Positions 20,723 to 30,818 of a stretch of DNA of 64,000 nt are shown here, piece by piece. A model generated the notes under the pieces. The model saw nothing but the letters and a program-made list of their open reading frames with translations. It had not been told where the DNA came from and did no database searches. The DNA is from Minisyncoccota bacterium (lineage in GTDB: Bacteria; Patescibacteriota; Minisyncoccia; Phycocordibacterales; CAJBRS01): the NCBI GenBank assembly GCA_035652395.1, contig DASRDX010000009.1, forward strand, positions 208,411 through 272,410, in the 5' to 3' direction. The position numbers and the translations under genes are program-made. Position 1 is the stretch's first letter; every line of letters begins with the position of its first letter.

Positions 20723-21331
20723 ATGAAAATTGGCCCAAAATTTAAAATCGCTCGACGCCTCGGTGCTCCGGTCTTTGAAAAAACTCAGACCACTAAATTC
20801 AAGCTGAGTGCCGATCGAAAAAGCAAAGGTGGCCGACCGCGAGCTCGCAGCGACTATGGTCAACAGCTTTTGGAAAAACAGAAGGCGCGTTTTTCTTACG
20901 GGATTTCCGAAAAACAATTTGGCAATTATGTTAATAAGGTAATCGGGCAAATGAGTAAAGTACCCCCACAGGAAAGACTTTTTTCCATGCTCGAGAGACG
21001 TTTGGACAACGTAGCATATCGCCTTGGCTTGGCTAAAACCAGATTAGCCGCCCGACAAATGGTTTCTCACGGCCACCTTACGGTTAACGGCCGAAAAGTT
21101 ACCATTCCGTCATTTCAGGTTTCGGTTGGCGACAAGATTGGTATTCGGGCTGGCAGCGCCGCCAAAGCTCTTTTTCAGGATTTGGATGAGAAGCTTGCTG
21201 AACAGGAGACTCCGAACTGGCTTAATTTAGATATCAAAACCAAGACCGCTGAAGTTAAAGGAGTGCCGCAGTTGGCCGGACAAAGTTTGGTTTTTGATTT
21301 GGGATCGGTGTTGGAATTTTATAAGCGTTAA
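20723..21331 (+). CDS. rpsD: 30S ribosomal protein S4
   Basis: SDYG.QL.EKQK, LERRLDN..YRLG, ARQMVSHGH. Confidence 0.98.
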   Translation: MKIGPKFKIARRLGAPVFEKTQTTKFKLSADRKSKGGRPRARSDYGQQLLEKQKARFSYGISEKQFGNYVNKVIGQMSKVPPQERLFSMLERRLDNVAYRLGLAKTRLAARQMVSHGHLTVNGRKVTIPSFQVSVGDKIGIRAGSAAKALFQDLDEKLAEQETPNWLNLDIKTKTAEVKGVPQLAGQSLVFDLGSVLEFYKR

Positions 21332-21385
21332 TTTATTTATTTAATTAATAGAAGCGCAAGCAAAGCTCGCGCTAATAGCAAACAT

Positions 21386-22360
21386 ATGGCTGATTACAAC
21401 GTCCTCTTACCATCAAAACCCCGAGTAGTTAATGAAAATCAATTTCAAGGTAATTTTGAAATTGACGGACTTTACCCCGGTTACGGTCATACTCTCGGCA
21501 ATTCTCTCCGCCGCATCATTTTGTCGTCGCTTCCGGGCTCGGCCATTACTTCAATTAAAATTGACGGCGTCAGTCATGAATTTTCCACTATTTCTGGTGT
21601 AAAAGAGGATGTTATAAATATCATTCTCAACCTCAAGAAAGTCAGAATCCAGCTTTTAACCGACGAGCCGCAAACGCTTACTTTGAAAGTCAAAGGGGCA
21701 AAAAAGGTGACCGCTGCCGATATCAAAGCTCCGGGACAGGCTCAAATTATGAATACTGATCAGTATCTGGCTGAAATCACCGATAAAAACGGAGAAATTA
21801 ACATGGAGCTTTCGGTAGAGAAAGGCATTGGCTATATTTCAAAAGAGGCTCTCCAGAAAGAGAAGGTGGAGATTGGTACTATCGCTCTAGATGCTCCGTT
21901 TAGCCCGATTAAAAGAGTTAATTATGATGTTGAGCAAATGCGAGTGGGTGATCGAACCGACTTCAATCGATTAAAGATGTTTATTGAAACGGACGGAACG
22001 ATTTCTCCAAAAGAAGCTTTGGAGAAATCCATTGAAATTATGATTAGCCAACTGAAAGCCATCGTTGGTTTCAAGGAAGAGGAGGAAATTTTAATTACTC
22101 ATTCTGAATCAATGGGTGAAACTCCGGCGGGTGAAACTGAAAACAAAGAAGATTATGATGACTTGCTGAAGACCAGAATTGAATCATTGGACTTATCACA
22201 GCGAACCATTAATGCCCTGATTGGCGGAAATATTCGGACTCTCGGAGGTCTGGTCAAAAAGAAGGAGAAAGATATTTTAGAGATTGAAGGTTTGGGAGCC
22301 AAAGGTCTCGAGGAAATTAAAAAGATTCTTAAAGATTCCAGCCTTTCATTAAAAGAATAG
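21386..22360 (+). CDS. rpoA: RNA polymerase subunit alpha
   Basis: GYGHTLGNSLRRI.LSSLPG, HEFSTI.GV.ED, DA.FSPI, alpha-CTD. Confidence 0.98.
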   Translation: MADYNVLLPSKPRVVNENQFQGNFEIDGLYPGYGHTLGNSLRRIILSSLPGSAITSIKIDGVSHEFSTISGVKEDVINIILNLKKVRIQLLTDEPQTLTLKVKGAKKVTAADIKAPGQAQIMNTDQYLAEITDKNGEINMELSVEKGIGYISKEALQKEKVEIGTIALDAPFSPIKRVNYDVEQMRVGDRTDFNRLKMFIETDGTISPKEALEKSIEIMISQLKAIVGFKEEEEILITHSESMGETPAGETENKEDYDDLLKTRIESLDLSQRTINALIGGNIRTLGGLVKKKEKDILEIEGLGAKGLEEIKKILKDSSLSLKE

Positions 22361-22361
22361 T

Positions 22362-22709
22362 ATGCGTCACCATAATAGCAATCGAAAATTAGGATTAAAA
22401 CGAAAAGGACGTAGCGCCTTGCTGAAAAGTCTTGCCCGAAATTTAATTCGCGAGGAAAAAATTGTTACTACCGAGGCTAAAGCCAAAGAGCTGCGCTCTT
22501 ACGTGGAAAAATTGATCTCCAGAAGTCGAAAGGATAGCCTAGCCAATCGGCGCTTAGTGGCTGCAAAAATTACCAAAAGCAAGGAAGTTAACAAACTTTT
22601 TAAAATTGGTTCGCGTTATCAGGATCGGGCCGGAGGTTATACTCGAATTGTAAAATTGCCGCGCCGCTTGAGTGATGGTAGTCGCATGGCTCAAATTGAA
22701 TTAGTTTAA
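22362..22709 (+). CDS. rplQ: 50S ribosomal protein L17
   Basis: MRH....RKLG, I.TTEAKAKE, R.GGYTRI.K. Confidence 0.97.
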   Translation: MRHHNSNRKLGLKRKGRSALLKSLARNLIREEKIVTTEAKAKELRSYVEKLISRSRKDSLANRRLVAAKITKSKEVNKLFKIGSRYQDRAGGYTRIVKLPRRLSDGSRMAQIELV

Positions 22710-22713
22710 TACT

Positions 22714-23058
22714 ATGGAACACACTATCGACGCAAAAGATAAAAAATTGGGCAGAGTCGCATCAGAGGCGGCCCGAATTTTGATGGGTAAGAATCGAGCG
22801 GATTTTGCCCGTCATCGTATTCCAAATCAAACGGTGCGCATTATCAACGCCTCGGCCGTTAATATTGATACTAAAAAACGCCAAGGTAAAACATATCAGT
22901 TTTACAGCGGTTACCCTGGTGGGCAGAAGACAGTAACTCTGGAGCGGTTGATCGGCAAGAAGGGCTACTCAGAAGCATTTCGCAAGGCCGTTCGCGGGAT
23001 GTTGCCGCCAAACAAACTTCGGGCTAGAATGCTCAAGCAATTAATTATCACGGAATAA
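22714..23058 (+). CDS. rplM: 50S ribosomal protein L13 (short form)
   Basis: IDA....LGR.AS..A..L.GK, SGYPGG, AVRGMLP.NKL. Confidence 0.96.
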   Translation: MEHTIDAKDKKLGRVASEAARILMGKNRADFARHRIPNQTVRIINASAVNIDTKKRQGKTYQFYSGYPGGQKTVTLERLIGKKGYSEAFRKAVRGMLPPNKLRARMLKQLIITE

Positions 23059-23465
23059 TGGCTACAACTGAGACAAAACGATACATAGAAGCGGTGGGGC
23101 GACGCAAGACTTCAATTGCTCGCGTTCGGATTTTGCCTGAATCAAAACAATCTTATTTAGTTAATGATCGGGATTTGGAGTCTTATTTTCCGACTGCCGA
23201 ACTTCGACTGACGGCTACCAGTCCCTTGAACAAGGCGGCTTTGACAGAAAAATTCAAGGTAACGGTCAAACTGAAAGGTGGAGGGATTAGCTCACAGGCG
23301 GAAGCTCTACGCCACGGACTCTCCCGAGCCTTAATAGAATATGATCGGGAGCTCCGACCAAAACTAAAGAAAGAAGGTTTTTTGAAGCGTAATCCGCGAA
23401 TGAAGGAGCGCCGAAAATTCGGTCTCAAGAAAGCCCGAAAGGCGCCGCAGTGGAGCAAGAGATAA
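23058..23465 (+). CDS. rpsI: 30S ribosomal protein S9
   Basis: GRRKTS.ARV, GGG...QA.A, KERRKFGLKKARKAPQWSKR. Confidence 0.98.
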   Translation: MATTETKRYIEAVGRRKTSIARVRILPESKQSYLVNDRDLESYFPTAELRLTATSPLNKAALTEKFKVTVKLKGGGISSQAEALRHGLSRALIEYDRELRPKLKKEGFLKRNPRMKERRKFGLKKARKAPQWSKR

Positions 23466-23466
23466 T

Positions 23467-23494
23467 AAAAAGCCTCCTTCCAAGAAGAGGCTTC
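23467..23494 (+). terminator. Possible terminator hairpin after rpsI
   Basis: AAGCCTC...GAGGCTT inverted repeat right after the stop; the U-tract on + is weak. Confidence 0.4.
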
Positions 23495-23637
23495 AATGTC
23501 GCCGAAACTTTTTAAAAAGTATTTCCCAAAACGCAAGAACGAGGAGAACAATTGGAAATGAGAGGGAAATAAGCACGGCCGTATCGCTCATGGAGTCCAT
23601 ATCTTTTTCTATAGTAGATAACCATTAATATTAGTCA

Positions 23638-24204
23638 ATGACTGCCGAGAGAAATAAAAAAGATCAAGTTGAACCAGAGGAGGAGGAAATCGTTGAAACC
23701 AACGAAGACGGTGAGGAATTGCCCGGCAAGGATCAGTTAAAGAGGCTCCGAGAACGATTAAAGGAAGCAGTAGCGGAAAAACAAAAATATCTAGACAATT
23801 GGCAGAGAGACAAGGCTGAATTCATTAATGCCCGTAAACGTGATGAAGAGCGGAATGCCGAACATCTTCAGTATGCTTCGGCCAGATTGGTAGAGGAGCT
23901 TTTGCCGGTTTTGGATAGTTTTGATGCCGCTATCAGTAAGATGAAACAGGACGAAAACGTCCCGAAAGAATGGAGGAGTGGTCTGGAAAGTATTGATCAG
24001 CAGCTTCGCACCGTATTAAGTAAGAACGCCGTCGAAGCTTTCGGAGAGGTTGGTGATTCTTTTGACCCAAACTTTCATCAGTCAATTGCTTCAGTAAAAT
24101 CAGAAGGGGTGGAAAAAAGTCATACCGTTGCCGAAGTGGTTCAGAAAGGTTATAAAATGAAGGAAAGATTATTGAGACCGGCTTTAGTAAAAGTTTATGA
24201 ATAA
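23638..24204 (+). CDS. grpE: Nucleotide exchange factor GrpE
   Basis: R..AEF.N.RKR, LLPVLD.F, G..FDP..H, V..V.QKGY....RLLRPALV.V. Confidence 0.95.
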   Translation: MTAERNKKDQVEPEEEEIVETNEDGEELPGKDQLKRLRERLKEAVAEKQKYLDNWQRDKAEFINARKRDEERNAEHLQYASARLVEELLPVLDSFDAAISKMKQDENVPKEWRSGLESIDQQLRTVLSKNAVEAFGEVGDSFDPNFHQSIASVKSEGVEKSHTVAEVVQKGYKMKERLLRPALVKVYE

Positions 24205-24247
24205 AAGGGCAGGGAGAGTAGCAAGTAAGAAGTAAAATAAAAATCAA

Positions 24248-24610
24248 ATGTTAGAGGTCATCAAAAATTACAACCAAAAATCGGTAATTCTCCTAAAGAA
24301 GCTCTCGAGCGGCTGGCTGGCTTCCGTTATTGTATTTAATGAGAGTAATGAATCAAAAATTCTGGGACAGAAAGTCCTGAATGAAGCTGAATATATACTT
24401 TTGCTGACGGAGAAGAGGGAATTGGAGAGTCGAAATATTTTCATAATTTTCGAGGAAAATATTTCGACTAAACCATTCCTTCTGGCTTCGCCGAAAGCCG
24501 ATAGCCTCCCTGTCGAGAGTGCTGATATCGTACCTTCCCCATACTTTTTATCTTTATTTAGAGAAGCGGAATTCTTCTCGACTCAAAAGACTCGCGGACC
24601 AAATAAGTAA
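24248..24610 (+). CDS. Hypothetical 120-aa protein; candidate ribosome-arrest leader of dnaK
   Basis: Fills the grpE-dnaK gap on the same strand and ends ...FFSTQKTRGPNK*. The function is inferred. Confidence 0.7.
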   Translation: MLEVIKNYNQKSVILLKKLSSGWLASVIVFNESNESKILGQKVLNEAEYILLLTEKRELESRNIFIIFEENISTKPFLLASPKADSLPVESADIVPSPYFLSLFREAEFFSTQKTRGPNK

Positions 24611-24654
24611 TTTAGATTCGTTCGGTTTATTAATCGCATCTAAATTAATTATTT
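24601..24654 (+). promoter_or_regulatory. mRNA stem-loop covering the dnaK initiation region
   Basis: AAATAA-G-TAATTTAGAT (24601-24617) pairs with ATCTAAATTA-A-TTATTT (24638-24654): 16 of 17 positions paired, ending 3 nt before the dnaK ATG. Confidence 0.65.
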
Positions 24655-24657
24655 ACT

Positions 24658-26562
24658 ATGGCAAAAATTATTGGAATTGACTTAGGAACTACAAACTCGG
24701 CCGTGGCAGTGATGGAGGCAGGCTCGCCAAAGATCTTGGAAAATGCTGAAGGCGCTCGTACCACACCTTCCATCGTAGCCGAATCAAAAACAAAAGAGAG
24801 ATTGGTAGGGCTTTTGGCCAAACGCCAAAGTGTCACTAATCCGCAAAACACCATCTTTCAAATCAAGCGTTTCATTGGGCACAACTTTGATGAAGCCGCC
24901 GTTCAGAAAGATATTAAGGCCGTGCCGTTTGAGAGTCGAAAGGCTTCAAATGGCGGTATCGAGGTAAAAATGGGTGAGAAATGGTTTCGACCGGAAGAGA
25001 TTTCGGCCATGATCCTTCAGAAATTAAAGAAGGATGCCGAAGCGCGTCTCGGGCAGACCATTACGGAGGCGGTTATTACCGTGCCGGCTTACTTCAACGA
25101 CTCCCAACGACAGGCCACCAAAGATGCTGGAAAGATTGCCGGTCTCGATGTTAAAAGAATCATTAACGAGCCAACGGCGGCGGCCTTAGCTTACGGTTTT
25201 GACAAAAAGAAAGATGAAAAGATTGCCGTCTTTGACTTCGGAGGCGGAACTTTCGATATTTCCATTCTGGAAGTTGGCGGCGATGTCATCGAAGTAAAGT
25301 CAACGGATGGAGATGCTCACCTTGGCGGTAAAGACATTGATCAGAAAATCATCAATTGGCTAGCTGATGAATTTAAACGGGAGCAGGGAATTGATCTGCT
25401 AACCGATCCTTTGGCCAAGCAGCGATTAGATGAGGCAGCCGAGAAGGCCAAGATTGAGCTCTCAACTGCTTTAGAAACGGAGGTGAATATTCCATTCATT
25501 ACTTCAGGCGCTGATGGTCCGAAGCACCTGCTTATCAAAATGACTCGCGCCAAGCTTGAGGAATTGACGGCTGAATTCATTGATCGAGCCATGCAGATTA
25601 CCAAGCGCGCCATGGAAGCATCGCCCTTCAAACTGAATGAAATTAATGAGATCATTTTGGTCGGTGGTCAGACTCGCATGCCGAAAATCCAGCAGGAAGT
25701 GAAAAATTACTTCGGCAAAGATCCGAACATGACTGTCAATCCTGATGAAGTAGTAGCTCTGGGTGCCGCTATTCAGGGAGGAATTTTGGCTGGAGATGTG
25801 AAGGATGTGCTGCTTCTCGACGTTATTCCACTTTCACTTGGAATTGAAACCATGGGAAATGTGGCCACTAAATTAATTGATCGAAATACTACCATTCCAA
25901 CTTCCCGCTCGCAGATATTCTCGACTGCCGCGGACAATCAGACTTCGGTTGAGATTCATGTCGTTCAGGGTGAAAGAGCCATGGCTAAAGACAATAAATC
26001 ACTCGGAAGATTCATTCTTGATGGAATTCCACCGGCTCCGCGAGGTATGCCGCAGATTGAAGTAACCTTTGATGTGGACGCAAACGGAATCTTGAATGTC
26101 AAAGCCAAAGACAAAGCAAGTGGTAAAGAGCAGTCCATTACCATCCAAGGAAGCTCCGGTCTTTCAAAAGACGAAATCGATAGAATGCAGAAAGAAGCTG
26201 AAGCTAACAAAGCTGAGGATGAAAAGAAACGACAGGAGGTTGAGGTTAAGAACTTGGCCGAGCAGTTGATTTACACTGCGGAGAAATCATTAAAAGATGG
26301 CGGTGATAAAGTACCAGCCGATGTAAAGACCTCAGTGGAAGAGAAGGTCACTGCTTTGCGGGGAGTAAAAGATGGAACTGATACAGAGGCAATCAAGAAG
26401 GCTACGGAAGAGTTATCTACCGAATTATCGAAAGTAGGAGAGGCAATTAATAAAGCTAACCAAAGCAACTCCTCGACTGGCTCCACGCAAACAGATGGCC
26501 AGAACGGCAGTGATCAAACTGGCGGACCAGAAGGAAATGTTAGGGATGCAGAGACAAAATAA
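24658..26562 (+). CDS. dnaK: Chaperone DnaK
   Basis: [51 protein letters not shown]. Confidence 0.99.
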   Translation: MAKIIGIDLGTTNSAVAVMEAGSPKILENAEGARTTPSIVAESKTKERLVGLLAKRQSVTNPQNTIFQIKRFIGHNFDEAAVQKDIKAVPFESRKASNGGIEVKMGEKWFRPEEISAMILQKLKKDAEARLGQTITEAVITVPAYFNDSQRQATKDAGKIAGLDVKRIINEPTAAALAYGFDKKKDEKIAVFDFGGGTFDISILEVGGDVIEVKSTDGDAHLGGKDIDQKIINWLADEFKREQGIDLLTDPLAKQRLDEAAEKAKIELSTALETEVNIPFITSGADGPKHLLIKMTRAKLEELTAEFIDRAMQITKRAMEASPFKLNEINEIILVGGQTRMPKIQQEVKNYFGKDPNMTVNPDEVVALGAAIQGGILAGDVKDVLLLDVIPLSLGIETMGNVATKLIDRNTTIPTSRSQIFSTAADNQTSVEIHVVQGERAMAKDNKSLGRFILDGIPPAPRGMPQIEVTFDVDANGILNVKAKDKASGKEQSITIQGSSGLSKDEIDRMQKEAEANKAEDEKKRQEVEVKNLAEQLIYTAEKSLKDGGDKVPADVKTSVEEKVTALRGVKDGTDTEAIKKATEELSTELSKVGEAINKANQSNSSTGSTQTDGQNGSDQTGGPEGNVRDAETK

Positions 26563-26575
26563 AAAACCGCCAGCA

Positions 26576-26785
26576 TCAAGAAGACGCTGGCCGGTTCGTG
26601 AAATACAGACTTCTGAAAAATGACCACGTGAGACCAAGAGACCCCATGATCATCAGAGCCATAGCTATTCTATGTTCGGTGGGATTGGGATTAGCCGGAT
26701 GTTTCCAATGATGAATAACTACTGCCCAAGCCCCGCTGCACATTAGTAAAAGGATGATTTTGAATCGAATCAGAGTTGTTTTCAT
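26576..26785 (-). CDS. Small two-TM hypothetical protein inserted antisense between dnaK and dnaJ
   Basis: GGAGGG SD before ATG 26785; two hydrophobic segments; hairpin with a minus-strand U-tract at about 26556-26596. Confidence 0.55.
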   Translation of the reverse strand: MKTTLIRFKIILLLMCSGAWAVVIHHWKHPANPNPTEHRIAMALMIMGSLGLTWSFFRSLYFTNRPASS

Positions 26786-26834
26786 TGATATTCCCTCCAC
26801 TTATAAAATAACATAATAAATTTAATCAGTCAAG

Positions 26835-27911
26835 ATGGCGAAAGATTATTACAAAACTCTAGGCATCGATAAAAAGGCCTCGAAAGACGAGATCAAGAAG
26901 GCTTTTCGTGCGCAGGCACATAAGTATCATCCGGATAAAGGCGGCGGCGAAGCCGCCGCCACCAAATTCAAAGAAGCTAGCGAAGCTTACTCTGTGTTGT
27001 CTGATGAGAAGAAACGAGCTCAATACGATATGTATGGAGAGGCCGGCGCCGGATTTGGAGGCGCCGGCCAAGGCTTCGGCGGCTTTGATTTCAGTCAAGG
27101 CTTTGACCCAAGTCAATTTCAGGACTTCGATCTCGGAGATATCTTTGGCGACTTCTTCGGCGGAGGCCGTGCTTCCAGACGCTCCGCACGAGGTCGTGAC
27201 ATCTCCATCGATCTCGAAATTCCATTTGCTGAATCGGTTTTTGGCACCGAGCGCAATGTTCTCCTGACCAAAACCAGCGTCTGTAGTCATTGTCACGGTA
27301 GTGGTGGCGAACCGGGCACCGAAATGCAAACCTGTCCGACCTGCAACGGCCAAGGACAGATTAATGAAGCCCGCCGTTCGTTTTTGGGCGTCTTTAATAC
27401 GGTTATAGTCTGTCCTACTTGTCACGGTAGCGGCCAAGTGCCGAAAGTAAAATGCAAACAATGTAAAGGTGAGGGAGTGGAAAGAAAACAGACCGAAATC
27501 AAAATCAAAATTCCCGCCGGCATCAATAACGGCGAAATGATCCGACTTTCCGGCGAAGGCGAAGCTATTTCAGGCGGCTCGGCCGGAGATCTATACGTCA
27601 AAATCCATGTGCGACCTCATCCAGTTTTCACTAAGGAAGGCTCAAACCTTTACATGACCCTGAAAATTAAATTGAGCGAGGCACTCCTGGGCACCGAGAT
27701 CCCCATTGAGACTTTGGACGGAAAAGTTACGGTTAAGGTTCCAGCCGGCATCACTTTTGGAGAAATCTTGCGAATTAAAGGCAAAGGCGTACCGGGCGAG
27801 CGAACCAATCGTCGCGGGGATCTAATGATCCGAATTCAGATTGAGTTGCCGAAAAAACTTTCTAAAGAAAGCAAAAAGCTAATTGAAGAACTCAAAAAAG
27901 AGGGGATTTAA
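26835..27911 (+). CDS. dnaJ: Chaperone DnaJ
   Basis: J-domain HPD, G/F-rich region, four CxxCxGxG repeats. Confidence 0.98.
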   Translation: MAKDYYKTLGIDKKASKDEIKKAFRAQAHKYHPDKGGGEAAATKFKEASEAYSVLSDEKKRAQYDMYGEAGAGFGGAGQGFGGFDFSQGFDPSQFQDFDLGDIFGDFFGGGRASRRSARGRDISIDLEIPFAESVFGTERNVLLTKTSVCSHCHGSGGEPGTEMQTCPTCNGQGQINEARRSFLGVFNTVIVCPTCHGSGQVPKVKCKQCKGEGVERKQTEIKIKIPAGINNGEMIRLSGEGEAISGGSAGDLYVKIHVRPHPVFTKEGSNLYMTLKIKLSEALLGTEIPIETLDGKVTVKVPAGITFGEILRIKGKGVPGERTNRRGDLMIRIQIELPKKLSKESKKLIEELKKEGI

Positions 27912-28165
27912 ATAAACATTTCATCAACATAGCACCAGCGCCAATTTTGCTCCGGTCCAAAGAATTGAATGATTGGATGGCCAGTTGCTTTAAAATGTTT
28001 AGTAGCGTGCTTGTTCTTGGATGAATCGCAGCAACCCACATGACCGCAACTGAGGCAAAGTCTAAGTGAAACCCATTTATCTCCCATTTTCAAACATTCT
28101 TCACAACCAGAACTTTTAGGTTTGACCTCTTTAATACTGCTTATATGAGTACATTTCTTTTCCAT
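27908..28165 (-). CDS. UBP-type zinc finger protein
   Basis: C.H...GCEECL..G..WV.LR.C..CGHVGCCDSS...HA..HF...GHP...W.WCYVDE. Confidence 0.92.
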   Translation of the reverse strand: MEKKCTHISSIKEVKPKSSGCEECLKMGDKWVSLRLCLSCGHVGCCDSSKNKHATKHFKATGHPIIQFFGPEQNWRWCYVDEMFI

Positions 28166-28202
28166 GCCCTAATCATATCAACTATTATGTTAAAATATAG
28201 AG

Positions 28203-28712
28203 ATGAAAACTATTTTGGCCCTCTTACCCAATTCCTTAACCCATTCATACGGCGCTGATCTAAGCATTCTAGTAATTCTTTTTATTTTGACCGCCGTCTA
28301 CGGTTTGTATTGGGGCAAGCAGCGGCTGGTTTCCTTAATTTTGGCTTTTTATCCGGCCATTCTGCTTTTCCTGAACTTTCCTTACGTTAATAATCTTCTA
28401 TTAATTAAAGCGACGGCCGGCCAGATCTTTGTTTCCAAATGCGTTATCTTTCTAATATTTCTTATTCCAATTCATCTTATTTTTAATCGATTTGTCTTCG
28501 GGGATTTCGGCTTCAATAGTAATCGAAAGTTTCTGCAAGCCGCTATTCTTTCCATCTCCATTCTGATCTTGATCATCGTTTTCTTCTATAGAGTGGTGCC
28601 CTTAACAAACGTCTACTCTGTTTCCTTACCGTTAGCTCGTTATCTCTCAACCTCCAAAGATTTCTTCTGGTGGCTTTTAGTGCCATTTGTTGGACTATTT
28701 TTCACTCGGTAG
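28203..28712 (+). CDS. Small multi-pass membrane protein
   Basis: About 5 hydrophobic segments; TAAAAT 6 nt before ATG. Confidence 0.75.
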   Translation: MKTILALLPNSLTHSYGADLSILVILFILTAVYGLYWGKQRLVSLILAFYPAILLFLNFPYVNNLLLIKATAGQIFVSKCVIFLIFLIPIHLIFNRFVFGDFGFNSNRKFLQAAILSISILILIIVFFYRVVPLTNVYSVSLPLARYLSTSKDFFWWLLVPFVGLFFTR

Positions 28713-28751
28713 ACATTACCAAAAAAACCGGTGTCGTCAAAAATAACGTCA

Positions 28752-29054
28752 TTATCCACTTGTTTTATTTGGAAGCGGAATCCTCTGCATTTCTTTTTCT
28801 TTAAAGCGACTTTGGCGAAGTAGAAACGCAAGTTCTCCATTGCGTTTAATAGGCATTCCAATCATATGATGACATTCTATACATATCAGAAGTCGAACAT
28901 TATCCGGATCTGTATTATTTAAGTCAGATTGAAATTTAATTAAATCGGAAGGCAAGATTTGATTTAAATAACAGCATTTAGGAGCTTTTTTATCCTTTTT
29001 AAAATATGCGAATAGTCTGTTTCCGCAAACACACAGTAATTCATACTTTTTCAT
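28752..29054 (-). CDS. Small Cys-rich (probable Zn-binding) protein
   Basis: MKKYELLCVCG...KCCY...CIEC...IG.P. ATG 29054 preferred over the upstream alternative start. Confidence 0.6.
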   Translation of the reverse strand: MKKYELLCVCGNRLFAYFKKDKKAPKCCYLNQILPSDLIKFQSDLNNTDPDNVRLLICIECHHMIGMPIKRNGELAFLLRQSRFKEKEMQRIPLPNKTSG

Positions 29055-29374
29055 GAATTTATTCTTAGGTCTTATAACAAAATAAGAATAGTGTGGCAAT
29101 AATTGTTGTCTATAGCCAACAACAATTAGGAAATAAATTTCTACATGTGCAAAATACTGCCTCTGCGCGCCAACAGTGATTAAGTCCAAAAACAATTATA
29201 GAATGAGATTCTGTTATATATAATAAACAGCGGAAGTTTTTTAACAAAAATTATTATTTAAATTTAAGTCTTTAATAGTTTTATTGATTCGGCTAGCATC
29301 TTTCATAGTATAAATTTGGATTAGGTAATGTCTTGTGTTAAAATTCTTAAAAAATCGCTTAAATAAGGATTCAA

Positions 29375-30817
29375 ATGAAACCCATGAATGGAGAGAGAAA
29401 AACGTTAGAACTTTTTGAAAAAGCAGCAAGAAACGTAGTGGCTTATAAAAAGTTTCTCAAAAAAAACCACTTAAATGCAACTGATATTTCGAGATCAAAA
29501 GATTTTTTGACTATCCCAATAATGAATAAGTCCAACTACCTTCGTCGATATCCATTAAAGGAGTTGACCTGGAAAGGTTCTATGCGTCATCATCTTATTT
29601 TTACTTCCACGTCCGGATCAACGGGCGAGCCATTTTATTTCCCGCGCGAAAAACTTGTCGATAATCAAGCCGCATGGGTTCATGATCTTTTTTATAAATA
29701 TCGTTCAGATTCTAAAGATAAATCGACTTTAGTGATCGTTTGTTTCGGTATGGGTGTTTGGATTGGTGGAATTCTCACTTATCAGGCCTTTAAAATAATG
29801 GGGGATAGAGGTGAATCTATATCTATTCTTACACCAGGTATTAATAAAGCAGAGATATTCAATGCCTTGAAAAAGATCGCCTACAATTTTGATGAGGTCA
29901 TTATGGTTGGGTACGCTCCGTTTATAAAAGATATTGTTGATGAGGCACCTAGTCAGGGTGTTAATTTGCGCAAAATGAATGTAAGACTTATTTTTGCGGC
30001 CGAGGCATTTACAGAAGGTTTTCGTGATTATATTGCAAAGAAAGCCGGTCTCAAAAATGTTCTTCTCGATACGATGAATATCTACGGCAGTGCGGATATC
30101 GGCGCCATGGCTTTTGAAACGCCAATTAGCATTCTAATGCGCCGTTTAGCCCAAAGAAAACCGGAGCTTTTTGACTCTCTTTTTTCATCAATCTCAAAAA
30201 CTCCTACTTTTGCGCAGTATAATCCGGAATTTATTCATTTTGTTTCCAATAATGGTCGTATTCTGCTTTCCGGGGACAGCACCATACCTTTAATCAAATA
30301 CGATATTGGTGACCACGGGGGAACCATGACCTTCAGAGAGGTCGTTCGAATATTTCGCAATCACGGTATAAATATTTTGCGGGAAGCGGAAAAGGCTGGT
30401 ATATCCAAAACCATTTTGAAATTTCCTTTTGTTTATGTCTACGAAAGAGCCGATCTTTCCACCACTCTATACGGATTGCAGATTTATCCGGAAACAGTGC
30501 GGGAAGCTCTTTTGACAAAACCAATCTCAACCTATTTAACCGGTAAGGTTACTCTCATTACTCGATATGATCACCTCCAGAATCAGTACTTGGAAATCAA
30601 TTTGGAACTTCAAAAAAACAAAAACGCCTCTCAAGCATTGAAGGCTCGAACTTTGACGCAGATTGTGAAAAATTTGCGCCTGAAAAACTCGGAGTATCGG
30701 GAACTTTCAAATTTTTTGAAGAAGCGAGCTTATCCACGCTTAGTCTTTTGGCCAAATGAACATCCTGAACATTTTCGCCCGGGCATTAAACAAAAGTGGG
30801 TTAAAAAACAACGCTAA
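29375..30817 (+). CDS. Phenylacetate--CoA ligase (PaaK)-like adenylate-forming enzyme
   Basis: STSGSTGEP (A3), YGSAD (A5-like), IKYDIGD (A7-like), ERAD. Confidence 0.85.
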   Translation: MKPMNGERKTLELFEKAARNVVAYKKFLKKNHLNATDISRSKDFLTIPIMNKSNYLRRYPLKELTWKGSMRHHLIFTSTSGSTGEPFYFPREKLVDNQAAWVHDLFYKYRSDSKDKSTLVIVCFGMGVWIGGILTYQAFKIMGDRGESISILTPGINKAEIFNALKKIAYNFDEVIMVGYAPFIKDIVDEAPSQGVNLRKMNVRLIFAAEAFTEGFRDYIAKKAGLKNVLLDTMNIYGSADIGAMAFETPISILMRRLAQRKPELFDSLFSSISKTPTFAQYNPEFIHFVSNNGRILLSGDSTIPLIKYDIGDHGGTMTFREVVRIFRNHGINILREAEKAGISKTILKFPFVYVYERADLSTTLYGLQIYPETVREALLTKPISTYLTGKVTLITRYDHLQNQYLEINLELQKNKNASQALKARTLTQIVKNLRLKNSEYRELSNFLKKRAYPRLVFWPNEHPEHFRPGIKQKWVKKQR

Positions 30818-30818
30818 A

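Noticed and set aside
24499-24525. Possible CIRCE (HrcA operator) upstream of dnaK
   Set aside because: Only the right half resembles the consensus (GAGTGCTGA). The left arm and spacing do not fit TTAGCACTC-N9-GAGTGCTAA, the site is inside a CDS, and no hrcA is in the window.
24645-27461. Antisense ORFs over dnaK and dnaJ (up to 200 aa)
   Set aside because: Shadow ORFs from codon bias of conserved genes; no recognisable motifs. The same applies to those opposite leuS, aspS, asnB and the ABC genes.
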